Below, in pieces: positions 46,301 to 58,200 of a stretch of 64,000 nt of DNA. Under the pieces are notes generated by a model, which was given only the letters and a program-made list of their open reading frames with translations, was not told the DNA's origin and ran no database searches. Within the stretch, counting starts at the first letter, position 1. Every line of letters starts with the position of its first letter. The stretch is taken from NCBI GenBank assembly GCA_905178155.1, contig CAJINV010000001.1, positions 5,305,994-5,369,993 of the forward strand, read 5' to 3'. Position numbers and translations under genes: made by a program. The stretch comes from Amoebophrya sp. A120 (lineage: Eukaryota; Protista; Dinoflagellata).

Positions 46301-49300
46301 CGTGTAAGTTGTCCAAACGAACCCAGCCCCCGTCCCGGGCGACGTTTGTCAGCTGCCCGTCGTTCCACTCGATCACAGTTCCTCCGCCGGCTGCGGGACT
46401 GAACTGACCAAACAAGGAACAGACTTCCGTTTCTGGTGTCAGGCAAATGCTGGTGATTGGTTTTCCCAGAAGAAGCGCTATGATGCGCACCAGCTCGCTG
46501 CAGCCAGATCCACTATCGCCCTTAATCATGATGGGCTGTTGCGGATTGCGCAAGCTCCGTAAGAACCCGGCCATGGCGGCAATGACGCGCGGCGACAACA
46601 TGAAGGGAACCTCGGCCCTGACGTGCTCAATATTCTGCTGCTCGGCTCGGAGCAAGAACGCTTGTTCCGCTGGACTGAAGGACTGTCTCTTTTCGGTCGA
46701 CTTGGAGGACCCCCGCTTTGTGGATGTGGCAGCAGAAGCGGTCTTCTCGATTGTAAAATTGTCTCTTGCAGCTTCGCAAAAAACTTTGTCTAAGACCAAT
46801 TTGCTTTCCGCGTGCCGAACTTTGGCTCGGTAAAATGCGCAACCAACGGAAAGAACTTCTTCTTCGGACTTCCGTGTTCGCTTCTCTGCCAGCCTCATCC
46901 ACTCTGAAAACCAACCTGCATCGATTCGGTAGACTCCGTAAATGTCGATGTGCGTCTGTGCCAGTAGTGCATCGCATGCTTTCTGGTGAACCTGCCAGTA
47001 TCGTTTCATCCACGGAGTCTCGCTGTGCTCCTGCGGCATAGTCGCTGGAGTGCGCGGTTGCGTGAATCCGCCGACGCGCAAATGCTGTGATGTCAAACTC
47101 CACTCCGTAGCACGCAGATCCGTTTCTGAAAATTCCTTGAAGACGTCCTGGATTGCAGCTTTCAGTGGCTCCTGCGGCACGCGGCCAGAGTAATGATACC
47201 AGGCTTCGGAAGCCAGCGCGCGACCCACCGCATCATCCCCACCGCGTTGCAGCGCGGCGAGCTCCGCACGCAAGTACGGCACCCAAGCATGTACTGTACG
47301 AAACGTAATATCTGCCAGGGGACTGCTCTGGCTCTGCGCGGCAACTGCACTGGTGCCCGCAAGGAGACTGCGCAGCTTGTCGTGGAACTTCACAACCAGA
47401 AGTGCAGCTTCGTTTCGCGATGCCTTCTGAAAAACTCCCAAAGTAGAACTGTTCACTGACAAGAGGCCAGAGACGACCTCCTGGAGGTCCGACGCAGGTA
47501 ATTCGAGAAATTCCACGACCCGAAAGTGTGCCAGAAACGCCGGCGATTGCTTTTCCCGCTTGCCCTTGTATTTTCCCGAGTTTGGATTCTGCGTAGCGAA
47601 CAAACGAAAATCTGGGTGCATTCGCAGGTGTTGGGCGAAATCGGACTTGGAGCTGCTAGGATCCCGAAGAGTGATATTCTTCTGATCAAGAGCGCTTTCC
47701 AACGTGTGCAAAATTTCAGCCGGTGCCAGATTCAGTTCGTCCAACATCAGCCACTTTCCCTCCGTGAACGCACAGACGAACGGGCCATGAATGAATTCCA
47801 TCGCGCCACTCCGGCCTAACACGAGCTTTCCGAAGAAGTCATCGTACTCAATAGACCCCGACATGTTCATTCGAACCAGGTCCTTACCCCCTACGCGGGC
47901 CGCTTCTTGCACCGTCGCAGTTTTCGCGACCCCGGTAGCCCCCTGCAAGAGAAGTGGAGCGGAATCACGGGCAGCTTGCTGGACGATCTTCACGTTGCGC
48001 ATGGTCGCCGGAGTTTGCACAAAGTGGTCCGATTTGCTCGCAGACACGTCTTTTCCACAGACCTCAGGCTTCAAGACAGCACGCGGGTCGCCGGCGTTCT
48101 TGCGCAGAAGGTTGCTTACTTCCACGAAGTGCTCGCGTAGAGACGGAATCGATACCGCCTCCCCCCGCTGACGAGACCGCACCTCGTCGAGGTAGAAGGA
48201 GTCATTGGCTAGTAGTACATTGCTGCTCGGAAGCGACGCCCGCGAATCGCTTTTTCCAGACACGCTTTCCGCGAGAATTTTTAGTTGCTCGAGTTCTTCT
48301 TCGCTGAAGTCGTACAAGAACGCCATGATGCGAATCGCGCGAAACTTGGTTCCGCGAAACCATTGATGAACCTCAGCCTCTTCCGGATTTGGAAGCATCA
48401 TTTCTATCCAGGTTGTGTCCAGACACCTGCACACATTTTTCAGGTTGGACCGGGAAGACTCGCCCCGCACAGATTCGATTTCGTTGCACACCATATCTAG
48501 CACAAGCCGTGCCGGTATTTCGTCGAGCGCCAAACACCTTGTCAAAAAATCTCGTGCAGGTCCATCCCTCGTTTCTGCATCGTCCACGGCATTGTCGGAA
48601 GTGTATAGGTACGCCAGCTGAAAAAGCAGCGGCAGGTAATCCACAGCTGTTTGTTCGTCCAAGCTTTCTTTGTGAGTGAAAAAAGACTTCTCTACTAGGC
48701 GTGACCGCATGCTTTGCATGGCTTCTTCTTTCTGCAGCTCCATGTCTAAGTCTTCGTCAGAAGTGGAGAAGGCATCGCGTCTGCTCAAAGAATGCAGTAT
48801 CAGGGTTGCAGCGCGGAATAGTATGAAGGACTGCTGACTCGGTTGTACAGCCAGCAACTTCGAAACAAAGTCGAAAAGCATTTTCTCAGAAACTTTTCCG
48901 GCATCCTGCCATTCGCACTTGCTCCAAAAATCGACTGGGAGTGCGGTGATGAAACGTGACACCACCTCTAGGACATCCTCGCACGGCGAGTCCTCCGTTG
49001 CGCACTTGAGCAAGAATTCGAGAATTCTGGGGTTTTGCTTGTGGTGGCAACCCCATCCCTTCAGCGCCTCAGGGCGCTTGGACACGACCTGAATAAGGTG
49101 CCACAATTCGCGATTCTTGCTTTCGGTCTTCTGCCCCACGTCGCACAGCAGAGTGAGAATGTCCAAATCGTAGACCAAAAAGAAGGTCAGAAACTTTTCC
49201 CAGCAGAGCGACAGCGGATCAGATAGCACAGAATTTTCATCGCCTGACTGCTCGCGTCCACCCGATACACCAACGGCGCCTGTTGGTTGTGGCTTCGTGG

Positions 49301-50945
49301 AGATCAAGAAGCCACGCAGCTTGTCCACGCAGGTCCTCAGCTTCCCCTGGAGCAGCTCCCGCTGCTCGCTGGCCAAGTCGTGTCCACTCGGCTGTCCCCC
49401 TGCGGCGCCGAGTTGCTCGCGCGAGTCTGCCGACCAAGTCGCGACAAACGCAAGCAATTTGCGAAGCGCTGTCTTGACCACGTCTCCTTCCTGCGTCCAG
49501 AAAGTTTTCTCTGACCCCTTCGACAAAGCTGCTGCATGCAAACAATGGAGGCAAAGAAACAGGATTAGGAGCGATCCAGAGGCTTCCGTGGGCGAAGTTT
49601 CCGCTGTGTCTTCCATCCGCCCACCCTGTACAGATTTATTTTTATGTTAATGCATGCAAAGCGCCGATGTTTTTTTTCAACTTTACCGCGGCTCCTTGAA
49701 TGCCAACTACATTTCACAATCAAACTCAAGGCCTAGAAGAAAGATTGCGACCTTTACCTGCTGCTGCACCAACTCGATGACGAGATCGAAACCCTGCTTG
49801 ACGCTTTCCTTGCAGCGCACCACGTCTGCCATTAGGTCCAGCAGCACCGCGCAGGTCGCCGCACCCAATGTCGAAGATGTTAACACCTGACGTTGAATTT
49901 CTAGGAGGCATTCGTCGCTGAGCAACGAATGCTTCTTGTGAACCATCTGCAAGAGCTGGGCCAAGCTTTGATCAGTGTTCGCCTCGTTCGATTTCTTGCA
50001 CACGGCTTGCACGAGGGCATGCAGCATCTGGGGATTCTTCTCATCTGCGGCGATGGGGAGCGAGAGCTGCGACGTTTGATGGTGCTGAAGTAAACTGGGC
50101 AAGTAGTACTCTGCTAAATTCAGAAGAAGACGCTCCCGTGCCTCGGATTCGGTTGACACCCGGCCGTCCTGCAGCACTGGAACGACCACATGATCGTCAA
50201 AAATCAAAGCAGCCCCAAACACTCGCTTGTCCTGCAACTGAGTGTCGCGAAGCCGGTGCGACCCGGCTATCGCCTCTTGCAACCAGTCGGAGTCCTCGCG
50301 TGAATTGCTTGAATTGGCGAGGACCTTTTCGCGAAATATTTTGGCATCCTCATCCTTTGTGCTGTCTCTAGCCTTCACTCTATCAAGCTTACTTGTGGTG
50401 AGAACCGCCCGAAACAATCGCTCCGCTGCCGCCCATTCGAGTTTGTCTGGACCGTACGAGCCGTCCTTGTCCTCTTCTGACGTTGTGGCACAGGTCAACT
50501 GCAGCAGCTCGAGAATCGCAACCACTTCGGAAGGTTGTCTGGCACGCTGGTCCTTGGTGCCCTTTCTGCCCTCCCGCGCGATAGGGAGCAGCTGGACCAG
50601 CTGACTTCGAAAGCGCGCAACGCGACCTAGTCGAAGCGCCGTCTGTGCCTTGGCGTCACCGCTTCCATATCCATGGTAGAACCAATGCAAAAAAAGGCAG
50701 TAATCCCAGGCAACTCCGCTCGATCCCACGCTGGCAAAGACTTCCTTCGCGAGCTCGAGCGAGAAGACCTTGCGGAAAATATGCTTCTCGTCTTTGCTGG
50801 TCAACTCCGCCCTAGCAATCGCTCTACCTCCGACAAACGCAGAAACCTCCTGGCTAAACCTTTTTTCTCTATCAAGGCTTTTCTCCTGCTTCCATTCCAC
50901 CAGAGACTTTTCAAGTGTCTCGATCGTGCAGCTTGAGCGGGCCAT
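21334..50945 (-). CDS. Giant midasin-like AAA+ / ASH-Ig / multi-vWA protein, about 9,505 aa; join(50945..49758, 49625..31325, 31155..25232, 25071..24613, 24473..23429, 23278..23007, 22846..22430, 22245..21334)
   Basis: Seven GT-AG introns connect eight consecutive ORFs, each in the correct phase. Exon total is 28,518 nt (9,506 codons). Several junctions complete vWA motifs (FVVLQ|ETLRKLE, EVVG|IGLG, WSSK|IRFLVLVTDAPGHG). Confidence 0.85.
29520..31450 (-). other. Tandem ASH/PapD-like Ig domains (about 5-6) within the giant gene
   Basis: Repeated F(D/N)FG..hxhxN(S/R)G pattern: FDFGYA..YLRVENKS, VDFEN..FRLKNET, IRFPD..LRIVNRG, HVTFRNSG, LNFGR..INIENSG. Beta-strand-like alternating hydrophobic residues. 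Confidence 0.6.
40310..47960 (-). other. Six tandem MoxR/midasin-type AAA+ modules within the giant gene
   Basis: Walker A sites GATGVAKT (~47930), GDSGSGCS (~46510), GPASVGKT (~45575), GPTGHKS (~44590), GPPGVGKT (~42625) and GATAGKAS (~41555). Midasin-type G.W..LDE.NL and FR.FAT.NP motifs. Confidence 0.9.
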
Positions 50946-51726
50946 TTTCAAAGCACCGCCTCGGTTCTTTCACCGCTCAATACCAGCAGTCCGCTTCTGG
51001 TTCCATTGTGTAATCAAAACAAAAATCGAGTACTGTATAGAGTCTTGTCAAAATGTACCGGTAAAAATTCATAAATCAACAAAAACCTTGCCGAATCCAA
51101 TAAATCGCATCTTCGAGTGCGCAGGCAGTGCACGCTGATGTCAGCACTCAGAATGCGTGCACAGCCTGCCTAGGTTTGATTCCTACTGGTGAAACAAATT
51201 GTATACTAAGCAGCCTTGCAGGTCGCCAATCTCGCCATCGTGTTCGTTGTAAAAACTAAAACTATTTCTGCAGAAGAGGGAAAGAAAATGAAATTTGCAG
51301 GAAGAAATAACAACCCGAGTAATGGAAAATGATACCGTCTAAGTAAAGCAAACGATGAAAAAACCGCACAAAGCCTGATCTTTTTTTAGAGAGATGCTTC
51401 ACAGATATCACGAATGGATCAATAGATCAGGAGCCGTCTTTTGACCAATCTGCGATCGCAGCAGTCTCGTCTACCGGAATCCAGTCTGCCGCCAGCAATA
51501 CGGCTTTCACGTTTCATGAATATATGCTTTTCGTTCTTTATTTGATTACGACTTGCTTCTCTCTTGCAGGTCTATCTCCCAACTCAACAAGTGCGGCCTC
51601 CAGTAGTCGTGACATGACTGCGGAATCTCGTCCAGATCAGTGTGGTCTAGACATCACACTCGCTTTCCAGCTGACTTCCACCTTCAGCGGATCCTGATTG
51701 TTGTCGAACGCACCAAACGTAGCACG

Positions 51727-51798
51727 GAGTGGCACGTCGGAGTAGAGAAGCCTCTATCAGCATAGAGTGGCACGTCGGAGTAGAGACGCCTCTATCAG
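51727..51798. repeat. Tandem duplication, period 38 bp, 2 copies
   Basis: GAGTGGCACGTCGGAGTAGAGA(A/C)GCCTCTATCAG at 51727 and 51765; one mismatch in 34 bp. Confidence 0.9.
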
Positions 51799-51852
51799 AA
51801 AACAACGCTGCATTGATAACTTCTCTCTGCGAATGGGGAACGAACATTTGTG

Positions 51853-51926
51853 TGCTCCCCCGTTGTTCGGGGATAGATACTATATTTGGGCGGGGATAGG
51901 TAGCATCATGCTCCCCCGTTGTCCGG
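51853..51926. repeat. 18-bp direct repeat, 56 bp apart
   Basis: TGCTCCCCCGTTGT(T/C)CGG at 51853 and 51909. Confidence 0.75.
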
Positions 51927-52262
51927 TGGGTAACAAGGAAATCGAAATACAGGGTAGGCTAAATAGCTTCCCTTGGTAATGGGAATCGAAACATGATGCA
52001 AGATAAATTTCCGAAATCAAAGAAGTATGACTATATTGTAAAGTAGAAATCCAAAACCCCTGCAAAACCGTGCAGAAGTCCTAGAGACTTTCTAACATGA
52101 AAGCGTTTTGCTATTACTAGCAAAAAATTTTTGGTTTCTAGAACTACAGCCAGAAAGGTTTCAATTCCTTCACTATGGCTTTTTTACCTCTAGCGAGGGC
52201 TACATACCTGCTTAGCACTTCGCTATTTCTTTCACAAATCCTTTTCAGCCGGCAGTACGCCG

Positions 52263-55200
52263 CTACTTCTTTCCGCCCTTGTTAATCGGGTAGAAACCTG
52301 GTGGTGGGCCCTTTCCGTTCGGATCACCATCGAACCAAAAGAAGCCGGGTGGGACAGCTTTGCCGCCTGGATCGCCCTTTTTCTGTGGGAGACCTTTTCC
52401 GCTGGGATCACCCTTATTCATCGGCGGGAGGCCTTTTTTTCCGCTGGGATCATCCTTATTCATCGGCGGGAGGCCTTTCAGATCACCCTTGTCCATCGGC
52501 GGTAGGCCGCCTTTCAGATCACCCTTGTTCATCGGCGGAAGGCCTTTGCCGCTAGGATCACCCTTGTCCATCGGTGGGAGGCCTTTTCCTTTTCCGCTCG
52601 GGTCCCCTTTCATCTGTGGATCGAAGCCTGGGGGCATTCCTTTCCCGCCTGGACCGCCTTTCACCGGAAACATCCCGGGTGGTGAGGGTCCTCCTTTTCC
52701 GCCACCAGGAAAACCGCCCTTCATCGGATCGAATCCCACCGCACCTCCCGGCGGCAGTCCCTTTCCGCCGAAGCCCGGAGGACCCCCCGCGCCCTTGTGC
52801 GACGGATCCAACCCCCCGTTCGCGGCCCCTTCGGCCGCCTGGTCGTGCAGCTCCTGCTCCTTCGCGAACTTCAGGAACACCTGCTCCAGCGTCGGCTCGC
52901 CCACCCCAAAGTCCTCGATGATTTTCAGCGGGTCCTGCACGCACCACTTGAACACCGAGGACAGGCGCAGCGACGATTTATTACCCTGCCCGCCCTTCGC
53001 CGCAGCACCCGCGCGGTCCACGTGCACGCCCAACCCCAGACACAGCCGCACGCGGGCAGAGGAGATCGGGGTCTTTTCCAGTACGTGGATCTCCCCCCGG
53101 GGAATTCCGATGTTGTAGGACATCAGGGAATCCACCAAAAACATCTCCACCGTCTCCACGGAAAGCTCGTCCTTTCCCGCCACGGGCGACGCGATCTTCT
53201 CGTCGACAGACCGCCGAAACTGCTGCGAAAACCGCTGCTGCGGCATCGCGGCCGTGTTGTCGAGGATGGTGGACTTACTCTTCTTCTTCTTAATAGGCCC
53301 AGCTGCATTTTTAGTACTGCGTGGACTCCCCTCGCCCTCCGGGCCGCGCTGGAGTTGTCCCTTCTCGGAAAGAATATTCGCGCCTGCGAGGACTACGTCT
53401 CCGGAAAGACCACCGTCCTCCATTTGCAGAAACTCGTCCTCTGTAAAGTCCGTATCCGAGACTTCGCCCTCCGGCCGCGCCTGCTTGCCTCCGTCCCCAC
53501 CGGCGATTGCACGCTGCGCGTCGGCCAGCGAGGCGCGCGGCGCCACGCACTCCTGCGTGAGCACGTGGCTGCGGGACTTCCGGGTCTGCTTGCCCAGGTT
53601 CAGCACCACCTCCAGGTGGTAGCCGTTGCCGTACACCTGCTTCAACCGCAGCGAGTCCCCCAGGCACTTGAGCCGGCCCGCGACCAAAATGCCGATGCGG
53701 TCCGCGGTAGCGTCGATCTCGCTCATGGAGTGGGAGATGGTCACGATGGTCTGTCCGGTCGGGCGGTTGATCAGCTTGTCCCACAGCGTGCGCTGCGCGC
53801 TGATGTCCACGCCCGCCGACATCTCATCCAGAAACACGATCGGGGGGTCCGTGATCATGGTCAGCGCGACCGACAACTTTCGCTTCATGCCGCCGCTGTA
53901 CTCCTTGGTCGGGCGGTCCGCGTCTTTCTCCGACAGGCCCACCTCCCGCAGGAACCGCGAGATCCGCTCCTCCCCTGCGTCGCTTCTCTGCCGAGCGCGC
54001 GCGGCTCCACCCGCTTCCACGTCCAAGGGCGACGGCCTATTGAGCGGTGCACCGCCTGGCGGTCCTGCCTCAACTACGTGGTCCGCCGTCTCCTCCGCGT
54101 AGAGCCCGGCGACCTGCGCGTAGATGCGAAGGTGGAGGCGGCCCGACACGTCGGGCCAAAGTTTGTCGAACTGCGGCGCCAGCCCCATGTGCTGCCGCGC
54201 GAGCTCGAAGCCGTCGTCCGCCGTGTTCTTGCCCAACCAGTGGATGCTGCCCAGGTTCGGCGGGCCGGTCTCGTCGTTCCCGCTCATCATGTTGAACAAC
54301 GTCGTTTTCCCCGCGCCGTTCGGCCCGAGGAGGCCAAAACACTCGCCGGGCTGGATCCCCAGCGTGACGCCCTTGCTGGCCCAGTGCGGCTTTCCGTCGG
54401 GGTTCACGAACTTCTTGTACACACCCTGTACGTCCACGGCGTCCCGGTCCCGCGGCCACCGCGCCTCCTCGGCCGCCACATCGGCGTCCTGCAGCGGCTC
54501 CGGCCGCGGCAGCTCCTCCCTTGCGGCGCCCGCCGCCGTTACGCGCCGGTGCGCCAGGCACTTCTCGAGGAGGAAGAACAGCAGGACCCAGAAGGAGAGC
54601 ACGTACACCGGCAGCCACACGCCCCCGAAGGCGGCCGAGCCGGGGGACCACACAGCGCTGCATTTTCCTCCGACTCCGGCACCCCACATCACCGCCAGCG
54701 GGCTGCCCTCCGGGACCGACCCCACGAAATAGTACGCGGCTGTGCCAAAGTGCTGCACGCTCTCTTCGGTGCCGGAAGTCGTAGAAGTTGTCTCGCCCGA
54801 CGACGACAACTGGTCTCCCTGCTCCGGCTCTGCTCCCCCGCCGACCTCGGCCGACGATGCCGTATCTTCATCCGGGTTGAGGGTCTTGAAAGTCACGACC
54901 CCGGAGGGGGGTGGCGCTTCATGATAATCCACAACTGCTTCCTTTGAGTTTGCAGTTGCGTTAGTTGTTGCACTGTCTGTGAGCAGTCCCCGATCGGCGT
55001 TTTGGGCGCCATGGCCACGTTGGAGAGTTTGCACGAACGACGTTGGGCTGGTCTCCAGGAATGAGGAGAACCCACACGTGTCGTAGAGTTGCTTCATAAA
55101 TTCTTGAGCCGGAGTTGTACTCTCTACGTCCTGATTAGTAACTGCTGCCCAGGCACTCTCCACAAAACCGGGGCCCTCCGACTCCGCCGACATCTGGTCC

Positions 55201-58200
55201 CAGTTCCGCGAGAAATACATTGTCAGGCATTGCGTACTCGGAGAGCCGGATCCGGCGTGGCTCGCGAGAGGCGCGAGGTGCAACGCGGTTCGCAGTTGCA
55301 ACAAAATGCGGAACGAGTTTTCCAGTGCGAGATGCGGAAACGCAAACGATGCCAGCCGGCCGAACCCCTTCAGAGCCGGCGACGACGGCAGGTCCTGGGA
55401 TCCTTCCTGCAAGTCCCAGAAAGCCTCAAGGCAGGATGGTGGGTGTTCCTTCAAGGTTGACTTTGCGGGATCCAGAGCTTCAAACCGATGCGGCGTGACG
55501 CCCGCCTCCCACCCTTCCAGCACAATCAACATTGCGAAGGCCAGACACACCACGCCGGTGTGCATCCTTGACCCCATGAACAGCCCCAGCGTGACCGGGA
55601 CCAGCACCGAAAGCAGAAGCCCGGGTAGCCACACGAGGAAAACAAAGGCAACCGAGAACCCTCCGCTCGCGAACCACCAGGAGCCGCCGGCAAAGAGGAA
55701 GGCGAGCAGAAAAAGAATCCAGTAGGGCAGGTACGGGAAGAGCAGGTAGGCAGAGATGGACCCGAAGTGGTACGCACCGCGCTGACATCCGTGATGCGTC
55801 AGATGCTGCAGGATTCCCTCGTCGCGCTCCTTCTGGTACTGCAAGAACGACCGTGACTGCAAGGGCCCGAACGCCTGCGCGATGAGAAAGAAGAAAAAAA
55901 GACTCCCGGGCCCGGGAGTCGAACCCGAGAAAATCAGTTTCGTTAGCCCGTCCTGCCCGAGGCTCAGCGAGCCCCCGTCCTGTGCATATGGATCCGACTC
56001 AGTGACCTTGAAGTGGAAGGCGAAAAACCAGAGGGTGGCGAGCACGAGGAGCGGGAAGACGTGGGACCCGTAGCTCGGAAGCGTTTCCGCGAGGAAGCGG
56101 AACTTGAAGACGCTGCTCGCCTGGTTGCCAAAGGTAAGGACCCGCGCACGCAAGGGCTGACGACTCAGTGCGCGGTCTCGCTCCTGCTGGGCCCGCTTGG
56201 CTGCGGGGTCCAACGCCGAGTCCGCCGCGTGCTCCTCGTCCTCTGCCTGTTCCCCAACAATCTGAAACACCTCCTCCATCGTCGTCTGCTCCACGGTAAC
56301 CGACAACGCGGGGAACTGCGCCTCCAGGGCGTCCAACAGTGCTGGAATGCGCACCACCGCAGCCCACGGCACCAGGTAGGCCCGGAAGTAGGCGCTGACG
56401 CGGCTGGCCTTCACCTGCACGTCCTCCGGTCGCGCCGTCGGGGCCGCAAACACAACGGCCGCGACGGCCCGCCGCACGTCCTGCTCCAGAATGCGCTGCG
56501 CCTCCTGCTCGGACACCGCGCCCTTGGTCACGCTGGCTTGGACCCAGAAGCCCAGGCCAAACTGGTGCTTCAGCTCCACGCTGCTACCGAGCGCGCGCAC
56601 CCGCCCAGCCGCCAGAATCACCTTCCGCTCGGCCAGCAAGTCCGCCTCCTCGAGGTAGTGCGTCGAGAAAACCACCGTCTTCCGCTCCTCGGATACCAGC
56701 TTCTTGAGCAACAGCCAGAAGTCGCGGCGCGTCTGCGGATCCATCCCGCTGGTCGGTTCGTCCATCAAAATCAGCGGCACCTCCTTGCCCAGCAGGGAGC
56801 ACAAAACCCACATGCGCCGCTTCTGGCCCCCCGACAGCTTCTCGCACAGCGTGTCGAGCTTCTCGTAGATGCCCAGCTCCCAGGCGTAGCGGTTCAAGCT
56901 TTCCGCGATTTCGGCCTCCGGGATGCCGCGCAGGTGCGCAAAATAGACGATGTGCTGCCGACAGGTGAAAGCGTCCCACATCGCATTGTGCTGGGGACAC
57001 AGCGTCACCTTGTGGCGAGCCGCCTCGGGCTGGTCCGCGACGCTGACCCCGTCGATGAAGATGTTGCCGCTCGTGCGCTGCAGCAACCCGGTGATTTGCC
57101 CCACCAGGGTCGTCTTCCCCGCCCCGTTGTGGCCGAGCAGACAGAAAATTTCGCCGCGATGCACGCTGAAGCTCACGTGGTTGTTCGCGAGCTTCCCGCC
57201 GAAACTCTTCGTGAGGTCGTCAATCCGGAGCACGTCGTCCGCGCCGACCCCTCCGGGAAAAGCTTGGTTGTTCTGCGGCAGGAGCGGCTGCTGCTGGTGC
57301 GCAAGAACAACTCCCGCCGGCGTGTTCGCCGCCCCCGCATTCGTCACCGCCGTGTCTCCTTGCTCCGCCTGGTCCTTGCACCAGAGGCGGTACCGCAGAA
57401 CCCCATACCAGAACAGGGCGTTCAGTAGGAGCGTCAAGTGGTCACAGATCACGAACAGCACGTACGCGCCATTGTTGGCCCCGAGGTCCGCGGCCCCGGC
57501 ATTGTCGGCGTACTGCTGAATCAGTTCGGGCCGCTCAAAGGACACCACCTTGCTCCCCTCCGCCCCGGCTCCCAAACGCGTCGAAATCCAGATCGGGCTC
57601 TCATCCGGACCAATCAGCGCATCTACGGGCGGGTGCGGATTGCTGGGGTCCCGCGCGCAGTAGTAAAGCGAGTGCGGCATCAAAAACGAATTCCAAAACG
57701 GCCGCCCCTGGGGAAGCTGCCAGTTCAGCAACCCGCTGCCCTCGTCGGCAACCGCTTTGGCTGCCGCGGCCGACGCTGGCGTTTCATGTTGTAACTGGCT
57801 GCTCCAACCTGGCGACGTCCCCCGGTGCCGCATGTCTTGCAAAACGCGGAGCAGCTGCGCGCCGCGTTCCATGATGCGCACGTAGCTGAAGCCGGGACAA
57901 ACCACGCCCGCGAGCATGTTCAGCGCCAGTGGCAGTCCCAGGAACGTGTTCGGGCACGTGCTTACGAGTCCGGGATCCTTAGCCACGATCATCTCCTCGA
58001 GCTTTTCCGTCGCCGCGGCACTATATTCTTTGGTGCCTACTATGTTTATTGCCTCGAGACTGAAGTTTTTCATGTCCTGTGCGAACGCCGTGGCCAAGAA
58101 GGACGCGCCCCGGTTTGGAAGGTAGAGCTCGCCAGTCACGTACAGACCGACACACACGGCACCGTTGAGAAATCCCACCAGGTGAACCGTCGGGCGGTAC

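Noticed and set aside
21334-50945. Bacterial-style MoxR-vWA operon of separate genes
   Set aside because: The gaps between ORFs have GT-AG ends and correct phases and split individual vWA domains, so a single spliced gene explains them better.
51727-51798. CRISPR-like repeat
   Set aside because: Only two near-adjacent copies with a 4-nt gap, no spacers and no cas genes, in a eukaryotic context.
52797-57428. Long plus-strand ORFs (716 aa and 471 aa)
   Set aside because: Antisense shadows of the GC-rich ABCA CDS, with no recognisable motifs.
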